NCBI GenBank assembly: GCA_002457155.1 | Contig: NTJS01000005.1 | Location: 1,694-65,693 of the forward strand | Direction of reading: 5' to 3' | Length of the DNA: 64,000 nucleotides | Source: Marine Group II euryarchaeote MED-G35 | Lineage (GTDB): Archaea > Thermoplasmatota > Poseidoniia > Poseidoniales > Thalassarchaeaceae | Shown: piece by piece, positions 21,401-26,881 of the stretch | Numbering within the stretch: the stretch's first letter is position 1 | How the letters are laid out: each line of letters opens with the position of its first letter | The notes under the pieces: generated by a model | What the model was told of the DNA's origin: nothing | Database searches by the model: none | What the model saw: the letters and a program-made list of their open reading frames with translations, nothing else | Translations under genes and position numbers: made by a program

Positions 21401-21998
21401 TACCATGAACAGCGATGGAGTGAACGGAACCGACGCATTCCCACTAGATGACTGGCGATGGTCTGACTCCGACGGTGACGGCCATGCGGACGCGGACCAG
21501 GGTCCGAACTCAGATGTGTTCCCCGACGACCCGACGGAGTGGATGGACAGCGATCGGGATGGCGTTGGGAATAACGCAGATGAATGCCAATTCGTACCAG
21601 GGGTAAGTTCCAGCACTGAGGACTTCTTGGAACTCCTGAGCATACCCGGCAACGAACTTGGGTGCCCCTTACAGGCCCTCCTGGGAGATGAAATAATCGT
21701 GGACGAGATGGACTCCGACATAGGTGGATTTGATGATGCGGATGCCCCTGACTACGATGGTGATGACATTCCCGACTTGTTAGATCCTGACGACGACAAC
21801 GACGGCATTCCGGATCTGGAGGACGGCGTCCTTGGTGACGAGAAGTGGTCAAGAGACCCATTCAGGCCTTTCACCGCCGAGAATTGGGGCATCATTGCCA
21901 TCTCGATATCCTTCATAGGGATAATGGGATACAGGATGCTCGCTTGGAAGAACCGGGGCATCTCCAGCATCCGCTCAAAGAAGATCAGAATCCAATAA
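15477..21998 (+). CDS. Giant surface protein: signal peptide, subtilisin S8, 2 x seven-blade RCC1 propellers, Cys-rich ephrin-receptor-like modules, thrombospondin type 3 Ca-binding repeats, C-terminal TM anchor
   Basis: AGGAGG lies 4 nt upstream of ATG 15477 and the protein begins with a signal-like MSSVNAVGSRLSLLLVGLMLLPSAV. The ORF itself opens at 15429. Catalytic triad: Asp 16335-16337 (VMDSG), His 16488-16490 (HGTHVAG), Ser 17247-17249 (GTSMATP). There are 14 copies of CWGxNxxGQLGDG. Many DxDxDGxxD repeats. C-terminal TM WGIIAISISFIGIMGY followed by a basic tail. Confidence 0.85.
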   Translation: MSSVNAVGSRLSLLLVGLMLLPSAVTILTYQISNEDLLDDGRMDSIDFDLETHSTLGIPESSDPAHGWKGDPGNVGEATLFYRTATYVPIGEWGAMTGDSFMSGWFVLAHDYPVPSDWKSELSELGLECRTFYSPQGFHCKVPKMTPMELSDSGVMGAFRLDSTDKLAPDVIPLVEGGSSNAVMQGERYVMNVVLGGSDELANLISSGVEVVDYRSDRVAEVVVDQKDMIGLVNLDFVEWIEPKYPSQFDNEAAAGIIDADWVGDAATMVSFGGSLSGAGVIVGVMDSGLDNAVECSSLSNCNSLNSGIHADFAGRIAGVVSYTCGGCTDGPEDQHGHGTHVAGSVLGDGTNSPDGSDNSGMAPGAHLFMQSVLCGGSLCNPSYDVFFPEAHDAGARVHTNSWGSGPSPSNSCGGSCLAYYSTAAFEIDSEANSLTDLTILFAMGNDAMDCTYNSYGQSSCYGGKDGEINLGAMNQQATAKNILSVGASENYRDTLALYATPYRNFCNSDPPCDLPFTNEKWGTAPIKDDTASDDPEGMAAFSNRGPTNDGRTKPDIVAPGTWILSTKSELRSASANNDVGEYYTHMFGTSMATPITAGSVALVIEYLNNIGAYDCNLASDPSSDQCPESALIKAILASGAHDMVGQYTTGGNSNGNGAAEKAPNNHEGWGRVDLQQLVYSGFTEGVEISTSDSHSFKLTVPDTGIEDFRVVLSWNDPANSPSAGQQLINDLDILLKSPSGAVQTYTNDDLNNLVGISLGGNPEVGDWEIVVTGANVPSGPQKYYLASSVGVIEDMRHPVSDGLNEPGFQSGSIFTETTMSSGGDHLCAILDDSSLQCWGSNSFGQLGDGTTTDRLTMTEVGLDAARTAVSISSGKDHTCSILDNGDLQCWGRNSHGQLGDGTSVHSNSPVDVSLSGVPVQLSSGDWHNCAILDDASLQCWGKNDQGQLGDGTNVDSSTPVSISIGENVLAVSTGSNHTCVVTNSWALKCWGDNSNGQLGVGSTSPSNSPSTVTVGGNAVAVSAGGSHTCALLDGNNVKCWGDNSNGQLGDGGTNQQNDAATVGVSLTGAISIDSGDSHTCAVSSSDSLHCWGGSANGQVGDGSTSDQITSPIEIALGQNLGALSVSSGSSYTCVVSSNDLARCWGGHGSGALSLGTSPSEFTIPMWSYISSSERDWNDNGNLNIFEVSVSNDDDGDGFPNSVDSNPSNPTVAASCASGSFGRFTCRQATPGYYVSGTGNTVMTPASPGNFTDTFGATSQVQCNVGKFQRLSGQTSCDNAEPGYYVPGTGAYEGTPCPAGKYNDLSGQSSVDACKWAESGHSVPVLTQVTSGASHSCAILDDGSIRCWGENSNGQLGDGSRTPSLEPEKASTPLGRRAVGVSAGSYHTCSMFDDGSVRCWGSNEFGQLGDGTTIERTAPVTVDLGQGKSALGISSGESHTCAVLNDRSVKCWGLNSNGQLGDGTTTDRSSPILTDMGGEDALLVSTGSYHTCAIMSDRSVMCWGDNWNGQIGDGTNADRTTPVEISIPSNSSAVSLAAGALHTCLGVNDGSLFCWGYNAYGQLGNGGNANSNSPMTVPLSVNQLLSSVQVGLFHSCALFDSGDVACWGDNSNGQLGDGSQNGVTVPTVVSLGTNTSSISVGQRHTCAVLDDASLNCWGANDAGQIGDGTSSNRNNPTAIDLGHGSKDQLPCAPGSYQPNPSQTTCILADRGFMVPQSGQISQIGCVAGYYSSLKGQPACTPASRGYYVSEAESPSQTPCPNGQSTLEEASTFFDLCFNDFDGDGIPDQYDTDADNDGVPNVDDYDWLDPDVSADSDGDRIPDSIDVDDDNDGVNDTDDPFPMDQGEWEDKDGDGIGDNADEDDDGDGRRDIFDVFPNDGNEWSDADGDGIGDNSDADDDNDGRCDDTTYWRPDLVPPSNSGPSQDGDSIPDCFASAKGDAFPFDANETDDTDGDSIGNNVDTDCDGDGWLNPVPCTMNSDGVNGTDAFPLDDWRWSDSDGDGHADADQGPNSDVFPDDPTEWMDSDRDGVGNNADECQFVPGVSSSTEDFLELLSIPGNELGCPLQALLGDEIIVDEMDSDIGGFDDADAPDYDGDDIPDLLDPDDDNDGIPDLEDGVLGDEKWSRDPFRPFTAENWGIIAISISFIGIMGYRMLAWKNRGISSIRSKKIRIQ
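17938..18960 (+). repeat. RCC1-like propeller 1 (7 blades, ~150-bp period) inside the giant CDS
   Basis: Seven CWG(x)N(x)xGQ(L/V)G(D/V)G motifs. A 37-nt exact DNA repeat (aaatgctggggcgacaacagcaacgggcaactgggag) occurs at 18441-18477 and 18591-18627. Confidence 0.85.
19461..20530 (+). repeat. RCC1-like propeller 2 (7 blades) inside the giant CDS
   Basis: Seven further CWGxNxxGQ(L/I)G(D/N)G motifs, from CWGENSNGQLGDG to CWGANDAGQIGDG. Confidence 0.85.
20805..21830 (+). repeat. Thrombospondin type 3-like Asp-rich calcium-binding repeats (coding)
   Basis: Reiterated D-x-D-x-D-G-(I/V)-x-D-x-x-D units (DFDGDGIPDQYDTDADNDGVPNVDD, DKDGDGIGDNADEDDDGDG, DADGDGIGDNSDADDDNDG and others). Confidence 0.8.
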
Positions 21999-22083
21999 TG
22001 GTGCAGGGAGCAGGATTTGAACCTGCGAAGCACTACGCACAGCGACCTGAACGCTGCCCCTTTGACCACTCGGGTACCCCTGC
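21999..22083 (-). tRNA. tRNA-Leu (anticodon CAG), long variable arm, CCA encoded
   Basis: Hand-folded. Acceptor GCAGGGG/UCCCUGC, anticodon stem CAGCG/CGCUG, loop UUCAGGU, 13-nt variable arm, T arm GCAGG-UUCAAAU-CCUGC, discriminator A plus CCA. Length 85 nt. It starts the nucleotide after the giant CDS stop codon. Confidence 0.9.
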
Positions 22084-22138
22084 CAGAGGGTCACGTTTGA
22101 GCAATCAGACTTCAATGCAGCGCGATTAGCAGTATTGT

Positions 22139-22223
22139 TGGTGCAGGGGGCAGGATTTGAACCTGCGAAGCACTACGCACTGGGACCTAAACCCAGCCCC
22201 TTTGACCACTCGGGTACCCCTGC
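22139..22223 (-). tRNA. tRNA-Leu (anticodon UAG), long variable arm, CCA encoded
   Basis: Same fold as the neighbouring tRNA-Leu. Anticodon stem CUGGG/CCCAG, loop UUUAGGU. Identical to the CAG copy outside the anticodon arm except for one acceptor-stem base. Confidence 0.9.
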
Positions 22224-22315
22224 TATGTCTCGTGCGAATAATTACCCACCAAGAAGTCAACGCATCCGTGTCAATGGTCCCCATAGTGTCATAACAGGTC
22301 CTATGCGCCCCGCAG

Positions 22316-23338
22316 ATGGCAAAAATGGCACGAATAGGGATTCTTGGGCTCGGCAACTGGGGGACGGCTCTGGCACTAGTGTGGTGTAAAGACGGTCACA
22401 ACGTCCTAGGATGGACAGTCGAACAGGAGGTGTATGAGTCAATGATGACCGTTCACGAGAACAAGAAGTACCTGCCAGGATACCAAATTCCAGAGTTGGA
22501 TTGCACGATGGAGATCTCCGATGTCACAGAGAGTTGCGAGATTCTGGTGCTAGCTCTCCCGAGCTCGGTCATCCTAGAGGTTGTGGACATGGTAATTCCA
22601 AACCTCAGACCATCTCACCTACTAGTCGACCTGGCAAAGGGACTAGCACCTGCAGACGAGGGCGGTTCCGGGATGATTTCAGATGCAATAGAGAGGAGGC
22701 TCTCGGATGCAGGCATGTCCAATCAGGTAGTGGTGATGACCGGGCCTACGATAGCCCCAGAAGTCGCACGTGGCGTGATCACGAACGCACTGGTGGCTTG
22801 CCATGACATGGGGGTGGCGGAGAGGGTGGCCGAACGCCTCTCTACGGACTCCCTGATTCTAACGCCAGCAGAGGACCCGGTCGGAGCCGAACTCTGGGGG
22901 GCGTACAAGAACTGCGTAGCACTAGCATGCGGACTCGTTGATGGCCTCAAGGACACAATAGGGGGTGACAACCTCAAGGCTGCTCTGGTCCTCTCTGGAT
23001 ATAGCGAGGGAATCGAGCTGCTCGAGAAGATGGGCGCTGACCCGAAGACGGCATTCGGACCGGCTGGAATTGGGGATCTGTACGTGACGGCAACCAGCCC
23101 ACGGAGCAGAAACCGGACGCTGGGGGAGAAGCTGGGTTCGGGGAAGAGCCTGGAGGAGTCACTCGAAGAGATGCACATGGTTGCAGAGGGAGTCAGAGCA
23201 ACCAGGATGTTCATTAACAGGGCTGAGAGGATTGGGCATCCGACTCCCTTCCTGCGCACCTTGGGGGGCCTACTGGATGGTGGGATCGAGATTGAGGATG
23301 CAGTCAGGAGAATGGTCGGTGCGTACGAAGTGGGATGA
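22316..23338 (+). CDS. gpsA: NAD(P)H-dependent sn-glycerol-3-phosphate dehydrogenase (bacterial GpsA type)
   Basis: N-terminal Rossmann motif IGILGLGNWGTALA. Also GPTIAPEVARG and NRTLGEKLGSGKSLEESLEEMHMVAEGV, which are typical GpsA blocks. Confidence 0.85.
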   Translation: MAKMARIGILGLGNWGTALALVWCKDGHNVLGWTVEQEVYESMMTVHENKKYLPGYQIPELDCTMEISDVTESCEILVLALPSSVILEVVDMVIPNLRPSHLLVDLAKGLAPADEGGSGMISDAIERRLSDAGMSNQVVVMTGPTIAPEVARGVITNALVACHDMGVAERVAERLSTDSLILTPAEDPVGAELWGAYKNCVALACGLVDGLKDTIGGDNLKAALVLSGYSEGIELLEKMGADPKTAFGPAGIGDLYVTATSPRSRNRTLGEKLGSGKSLEESLEEMHMVAEGVRATRMFINRAERIGHPTPFLRTLGGLLDGGIEIEDAVRRMVGAYEVG

Positions 23339-23354
23339 GGCCCGTCTTTGCAAA

Positions 23355-23810
23355 TCACTTGACTTCCTTCAATAGATCCAGAGTGGTGCGAATCCAGTCC
23401 TCGGCATAGTCTTCGTAGTCCAAGTCGCAATCTATTCTCTCGTTGACTCTGTTGCCTCCCTTCTTCTGAAGAATTACGTCCCACTCCTTACCAGATTCAC
23501 AGAAGAACTCGAATGCGGTGTCCCCTAGAGCGAGGACAGCGAAATTTACCCCTTCCATACTTCCATCTTCAGACTCTTCTACAGAATCATACAAGTCCTG
23601 AGCATTTACTGGCTGATCCCCTTCCCCCCATGTACTACAGACAACTATCAGCCTCTTTGACGAAGAGAGATCCCCCAAAGAGGCATCCTCCATGTCCATC
23701 ACCGTCGGATGAATATCTAGGCTTCTAGCAATACGTCCTGCATCTTCCGCCAGTTCCTCGGCATTTCCCGTCTCAGTCCCGAAGATCAGTAGCAAATTGC
23801 TTGCACCCAT
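23355..23810 (-). CDS. fldA: Short-chain flavodoxin
   Basis: FMN phosphate loop (LLIFGTETGNAEELAE), then STWGEGD and LALGDTAFEFFC. Length 151 aa. Confidence 0.85.
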   Translation of the reverse strand: MGASNLLLIFGTETGNAEELAEDAGRIARSLDIHPTVMDMEDASLGDLSSSKRLIVVCSTWGEGDQPVNAQDLYDSVEESEDGSMEGVNFAVLALGDTAFEFFCESGKEWDVILQKKGGNRVNERIDCDLDYEDYAEDWIRTTLDLLKEVK

Positions 23811-23950
23811 TTGCTTCTCCTCGTTCCCTAATCCATTACCAACTAGAGTCTGCTTTCAATAATTGTTAACAAAGTTCGAAGATTTAGTGGAGGATCTAGC
23901 CAAAATGACTTGATCGACTGGGTAGCCTTGATTTCCCCCCCCCTTGTCCG

Positions 23951-24178
23951 ATGAACATGGCTGTTGGTGACCTAACTGAATTCGAGTCGAGGCTTCTAAA
24001 ATGGATATCGGCGTCAGACTTCGTAGAGGTTGCTTGGTCGACAAAGAGGGCTGCAGAAGCTTTCAAGGTAGAGGAGAAAGAAGTCTACGAAGCCCTTGCT
24101 TCCCTGACATTGAAAGCCAAGGATCACATTCAGATATTCTACGATGGCGGTTCGATTAGGATAGTTGCCGACTATTGA
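23951..24178 (+). CDS. Small hypothetical protein, possibly winged-helix-like
   Basis: 75-aa ORF with an ATG start that fills an otherwise non-coding gap. The helix-helix-helix-hairpin pattern was judged by eye only. No family recognised. Confidence 0.3.
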   Translation: MNMAVGDLTEFESRLLKWISASDFVEVAWSTKRAAEAFKVEEKEVYEALASLTLKAKDHIQIFYDGGSIRIVADY

Positions 24179-24179
24179 T

Positions 24180-25064
24180 CTAAGTGGATCGGGATTCAAT
24201 AATCCATTGTGGGAAGAAAACTGAGATCCATTTTGGAGGGTTAATATCTCCTTCCTCGTTGAAGAACGATCGAGTATATATTGAAATGAAATCAATCACA
24301 ATCACGACAAAGAAGATGATTATCAGGTAGGCGAATACCTTGTCATACTGTAGGAATTTAAGATAGAGATTGATGTAATATCCTATTCCACCGGCACCAA
24401 CAATCCCAATCACGGTCCCATGCCTGACGTTGTACTCGAACATGAATACTGCTTGGGAGATCAAGTTGTTTGCCTGCTCGGGAATTACCACCCCTATTGC
24501 TTTCTCCACCCTGGAAAGACCCATCGAATCCGCTGATTCCAACGGTATGTTGGACATCCCTTCTATTGACTCATACTGAAGTTTCCCGAGATAACCCACC
24601 GTGTAAATCGTCATCGCCAGAATTCCAGAGAGTGGTCCAAATCCGACTAGGATGACGAAAAATATGGCCCAAATGATACTGGGAAGGCTCCTGCATGCTG
24701 CAAGAAGAAATCTGGTTGGGAAGGTGACGAAGCCAGGATTCAGATTTCTGGAAGCTAATATTGAAATTGGGAGAGATATCATTCCTCCGAGAACAGTGGA
24801 AATGAATGCAATCTTTATTGTCTCAATCATTCCAATCCAAGCAGTGGAACAGGTAAAATCGAACAGCGGGTATGCCGTGCATACAGGATATGCTTGAGGT
24901 TCGAGTACGCTCCAATTCGGTGGCCAAAGTGACTCATTGAAGAATCTGATAAGATTCTGTCCTCCTCCAGATAGCCTGCCCCAATCGTTCACCAAACCAT
25001 CCATCAACCATAGTGATAGAATGATCAGAGCTGGGATAGTGATAGAAGTCCAATTTATCCTCAC
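24180..25064 (-). CDS. phnE: ABC importer permease, PhnE-like
   Basis: Multiple TM helices. Contains an EAA-type loop (ESADSMGLSRVEKAIGVVIPEQANNLISQ) and the PhnE-like block FEYNVRHGTVIGIVGAGGIGY. Its start overlaps the upstream ATPase gene by 4 nt. Confidence 0.85.
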   Translation of the reverse strand: MRINWTSITIPALIILSLWLMDGLVNDWGRLSGGGQNLIRFFNESLWPPNWSVLEPQAYPVCTAYPLFDFTCSTAWIGMIETIKIAFISTVLGGMISLPISILASRNLNPGFVTFPTRFLLAACRSLPSIIWAIFFVILVGFGPLSGILAMTIYTVGYLGKLQYESIEGMSNIPLESADSMGLSRVEKAIGVVIPEQANNLISQAVFMFEYNVRHGTVIGIVGAGGIGYYINLYLKFLQYDKVFAYLIIIFFVVIVIDFISIYTRSFFNEEGDINPPKWISVFFPQWIIESRST

Positions 25065-25777
25065 TTAGTCACCTCCAATGCTGTGGTCTGGGAGATAAAT
25101 GGATTCACCCGACCATCATCGATGACCAGCATCCTATCTGCGATCGATCTTGCTCTAGAAACATCGTGTTCCACCACAATAAGGGTGGCTGATTCCTTTC
25201 TTACGAACTCCACAACTTCTGTCTTCACCATCTCAAGAGTTTTCTCGTCGAGTTCGCTCAAGAACTCATCTGCAAGAATAATCTGTGGGGACTGCGCGAT
25301 CGTTCTTGCAATTGCTACCCTTTTTTGCTGGCCCCCAGACAATTTTCTTACTGGTTCGTAGAGTTTTCCGGATAGACCCATCCTACTGATAGAATCCAAG
25401 GATAAATCTTTGATTTTCCTGGATGGAAATATTCTGTATGGAGAAGAGTGGCCCGCTCTTGCGCCCAGCATAACGTTGTGCAAAACGCTAGCGTGACGAA
25501 CCAATCCCAACCGTTGTGGGATATAGCCCAGAGACCCTCGAGGAGGCCTAATCCCGAAAGGTTGGCCGAACAGGCTAACTCTACCGAACAGAGGCCTAAC
25601 TATGCCCGCAATTGTCCTGATAAGTGTAGTCTTTCCTACTCCAGAAGGACCAGTAATAGCAATGATTTCTCCTGGTGATATTTCCAGGCTAGGGATCTCC
25701 ACCAGAGGGGATTTTTTCGTGTATCCGATTGTCAAACCGTCTATACTGATAACCTTAGAATCCATTTCAACCCCCAA
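25061..25777 (-). CDS. phnC: ABC importer ATP-binding protein, PhnC-like
   Basis: Walker A (GPSGVGKTT), signature (LSGGQQKRVAIARTIA), Walker B (IILADEFLSELD) and H-loop (VEHD). Confidence 0.9.
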   Translation of the reverse strand: MGVEMDSKVISIDGLTIGYTKKSPLVEIPSLEISPGEIIAITGPSGVGKTTLIRTIAGIVRPLFGRVSLFGQPFGIRPPRGSLGYIPQRLGLVRHASVLHNVMLGARAGHSSPYRIFPSRKIKDLSLDSISRMGLSGKLYEPVRKLSGGQQKRVAIARTIAQSPQIILADEFLSELDEKTLEMVKTEVVEFVRKESATLIVVEHDVSRARSIADRMLVIDDGRVNPFISQTTALEVTK

Positions 25778-25785
25778 TTCGGAAT

Positions 25786-26838
25786 TTATGGGGTCCTAAT
25801 ACTATATTTGTCGTTGTAGTAGGCTACAATTCCAGGGATATTCTGAATCGAAGAAGAGTAGCTTCCCATGTGTCCCTCAGTTGTTACCGAAACAAAACCA
25901 GGCGTGTTTAGGACGCCACTCAATATGGATGATGCATCCGCGTCATCTGCCATTCCTATGAGAACACCTCTTACGGCATCGACTTTGGATTTCGACATTG
26001 TCTCTGGGTTATACATCACAGGATGGCTAGGGGACTTGCCGAACTCGGGTAGTGCGACGTACTGGTCCATGTCCAGACACCACTCCTCGTTTTCTGCTGA
26101 GTTCTCGTTATCGCAGTACGAGTCCACCGTGCTGTCCTTGGCAAAGGCCACGTCTCCGACTCCCTCAGACAGGCACTTCACGGCGCCAGAGTATCCGTAG
26201 TAAGGAGTGCCCGAGTCTGGGATGGAGGCGTTCTCGTTGAAGAAGCCGTAGATCGTGTCCCTTAGTGAAGAGACGTCGGTCCCGTCTCCGACCACGGTTG
26301 CGTACCCGTTACCGATTAGGTAACCCATAGGTAACAGCATTCCTGCTGACTTCAGCCATCCTGTGTGACAGGATGTCTTTCCTTCCAGAAGTGCGAACGG
26401 GTCGGTAGATGGGTCATCGTCCAAGTGGGCAGCAGCGATGTCGCTGTCTGCTAGAACCCATGCATGAGCGTTGTAGTGGGTCCTGCCATCGCTTTTCAGA
26501 TCGGCTGCCATGGAGGCTAGGCCGTATTCCTTCCATCCTACCCATGCTGCTCCTCCGTCCATGAATCCGATGTCGGCATTACCGAACCTTAGGGCCTCTA
26601 GCATTGCACCCTCTGAATCTACACTGAAAAGAGAAACATCGTAGTTTAGCTGCTCAGACAAATAGTCTGCGAATGACTGGGGATTCTCGTCTATGTTTTC
26701 ATAATCGTCTCTTACTTCGTAAGCAATGACCAATGTGTCGATCGGTTCATCATTTTCATTATCACCTGTACAACCTGCCAGTGATGCACTAACCATCAAC
26801 GCCATCAGTAAACTCGCCATCTTCTTCTTTCCATTCAT
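25786..26838 (-). CDS. Lipoprotein substrate-binding protein of the ABC importer; transferrin-like (single lobe), predicted Fe3+/(bi)carbonate binding
   Basis: Signal peptide plus lipobox SLAGC (Cys23 at 26770-26772). Several blocks match the transferrin N-lobe as recalled from memory: FMDGGAA, THYNAHAWV, SCHTGWLKSAGMLLPMGYL, YYGYSGAVKCLSEGVGDVAFAKDSTV and SPSHPV. It is the first gene of the phnC/phnE-like operon. Confidence 0.8.
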   Translation of the reverse strand: MNGKKKMASLLMALMVSASLAGCTGDNENDEPIDTLVIAYEVRDDYENIDENPQSFADYLSEQLNYDVSLFSVDSEGAMLEALRFGNADIGFMDGGAAWVGWKEYGLASMAADLKSDGRTHYNAHAWVLADSDIAAAHLDDDPSTDPFALLEGKTSCHTGWLKSAGMLLPMGYLIGNGYATVVGDGTDVSSLRDTIYGFFNENASIPDSGTPYYGYSGAVKCLSEGVGDVAFAKDSTVDSYCDNENSAENEEWCLDMDQYVALPEFGKSPSHPVMYNPETMSKSKVDAVRGVLIGMADDADASSILSGVLNTPGFVSVTTEGHMGSYSSSIQNIPGIVAYYNDKYSIRTP

Positions 26839-26881
26839 TTAGGCAACACTAAAAATTTCGAAAACTATTATGCTTATCAAA

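Noticed and set aside
20881-21861. Five overlapping ORFs (20881-21345 +, 20885-21196 -, 20974-21228 -, 21200-21721 -, 21385-21861 -) with Thr/Met-, Ser/Pro- or Arg/His-rich translations.
   Set aside because: All lie inside the GAY-rich thrombospondin-type-3 repeat region of the giant CDS. Codon-periodic low-complexity DNA keeps several frames open. The translations are compositionally degenerate and have no motifs.
21999-22315. tRNA-Leu pair as an integration hotspot for a genomic island or prophage.
   Set aside because: There is no integrase, recombinase or phage-like ORF on either side. I saw no duplicated tRNA 3' fragment that would mark an att site. The flanks are a giant surface-protein gene and gpsA.
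21845-22389. ORFs 21845-22129 (+), 22126-22356 (-) and 22135-22389 (+) spanning the spacer after the giant gene.
   Set aside because: They run straight through the two tRNA-Leu genes. The repeated peptide VQGAGFEPAKHYA is just the translated tRNA T-arm and acceptor.
22723-23484. 253-aa ORF antisense to gpsA.
   Set aside because: It is Ser/Pro/Arg-rich with no motifs and is fully overlapped by a gpsA frame with strong family signatures.
23863-23872. 10-bp palindrome TTGTTAACAA upstream of the flavodoxin gene, considered as a second operator related to the 26882 palindrome.
   Set aside because: It is short, AT-rich and unrelated in sequence to TTTAGGCTAGCCTAAA. A palindrome of this size is expected by chance in AT-rich spacers.
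24180-26838. Straightforward annotation of the operon as a phosphonate (PhnCDE) transporter.
   Set aside because: The permease and ATPase are PhnE/PhnC-like. However, the binding protein carries transferrin-lobe blocks and the Asp/Tyr/Tyr/His ligand set rather than a recognisable phosphonate-binding pocket. The substrate is therefore left as predicted Fe3+/carbonate pending tests.
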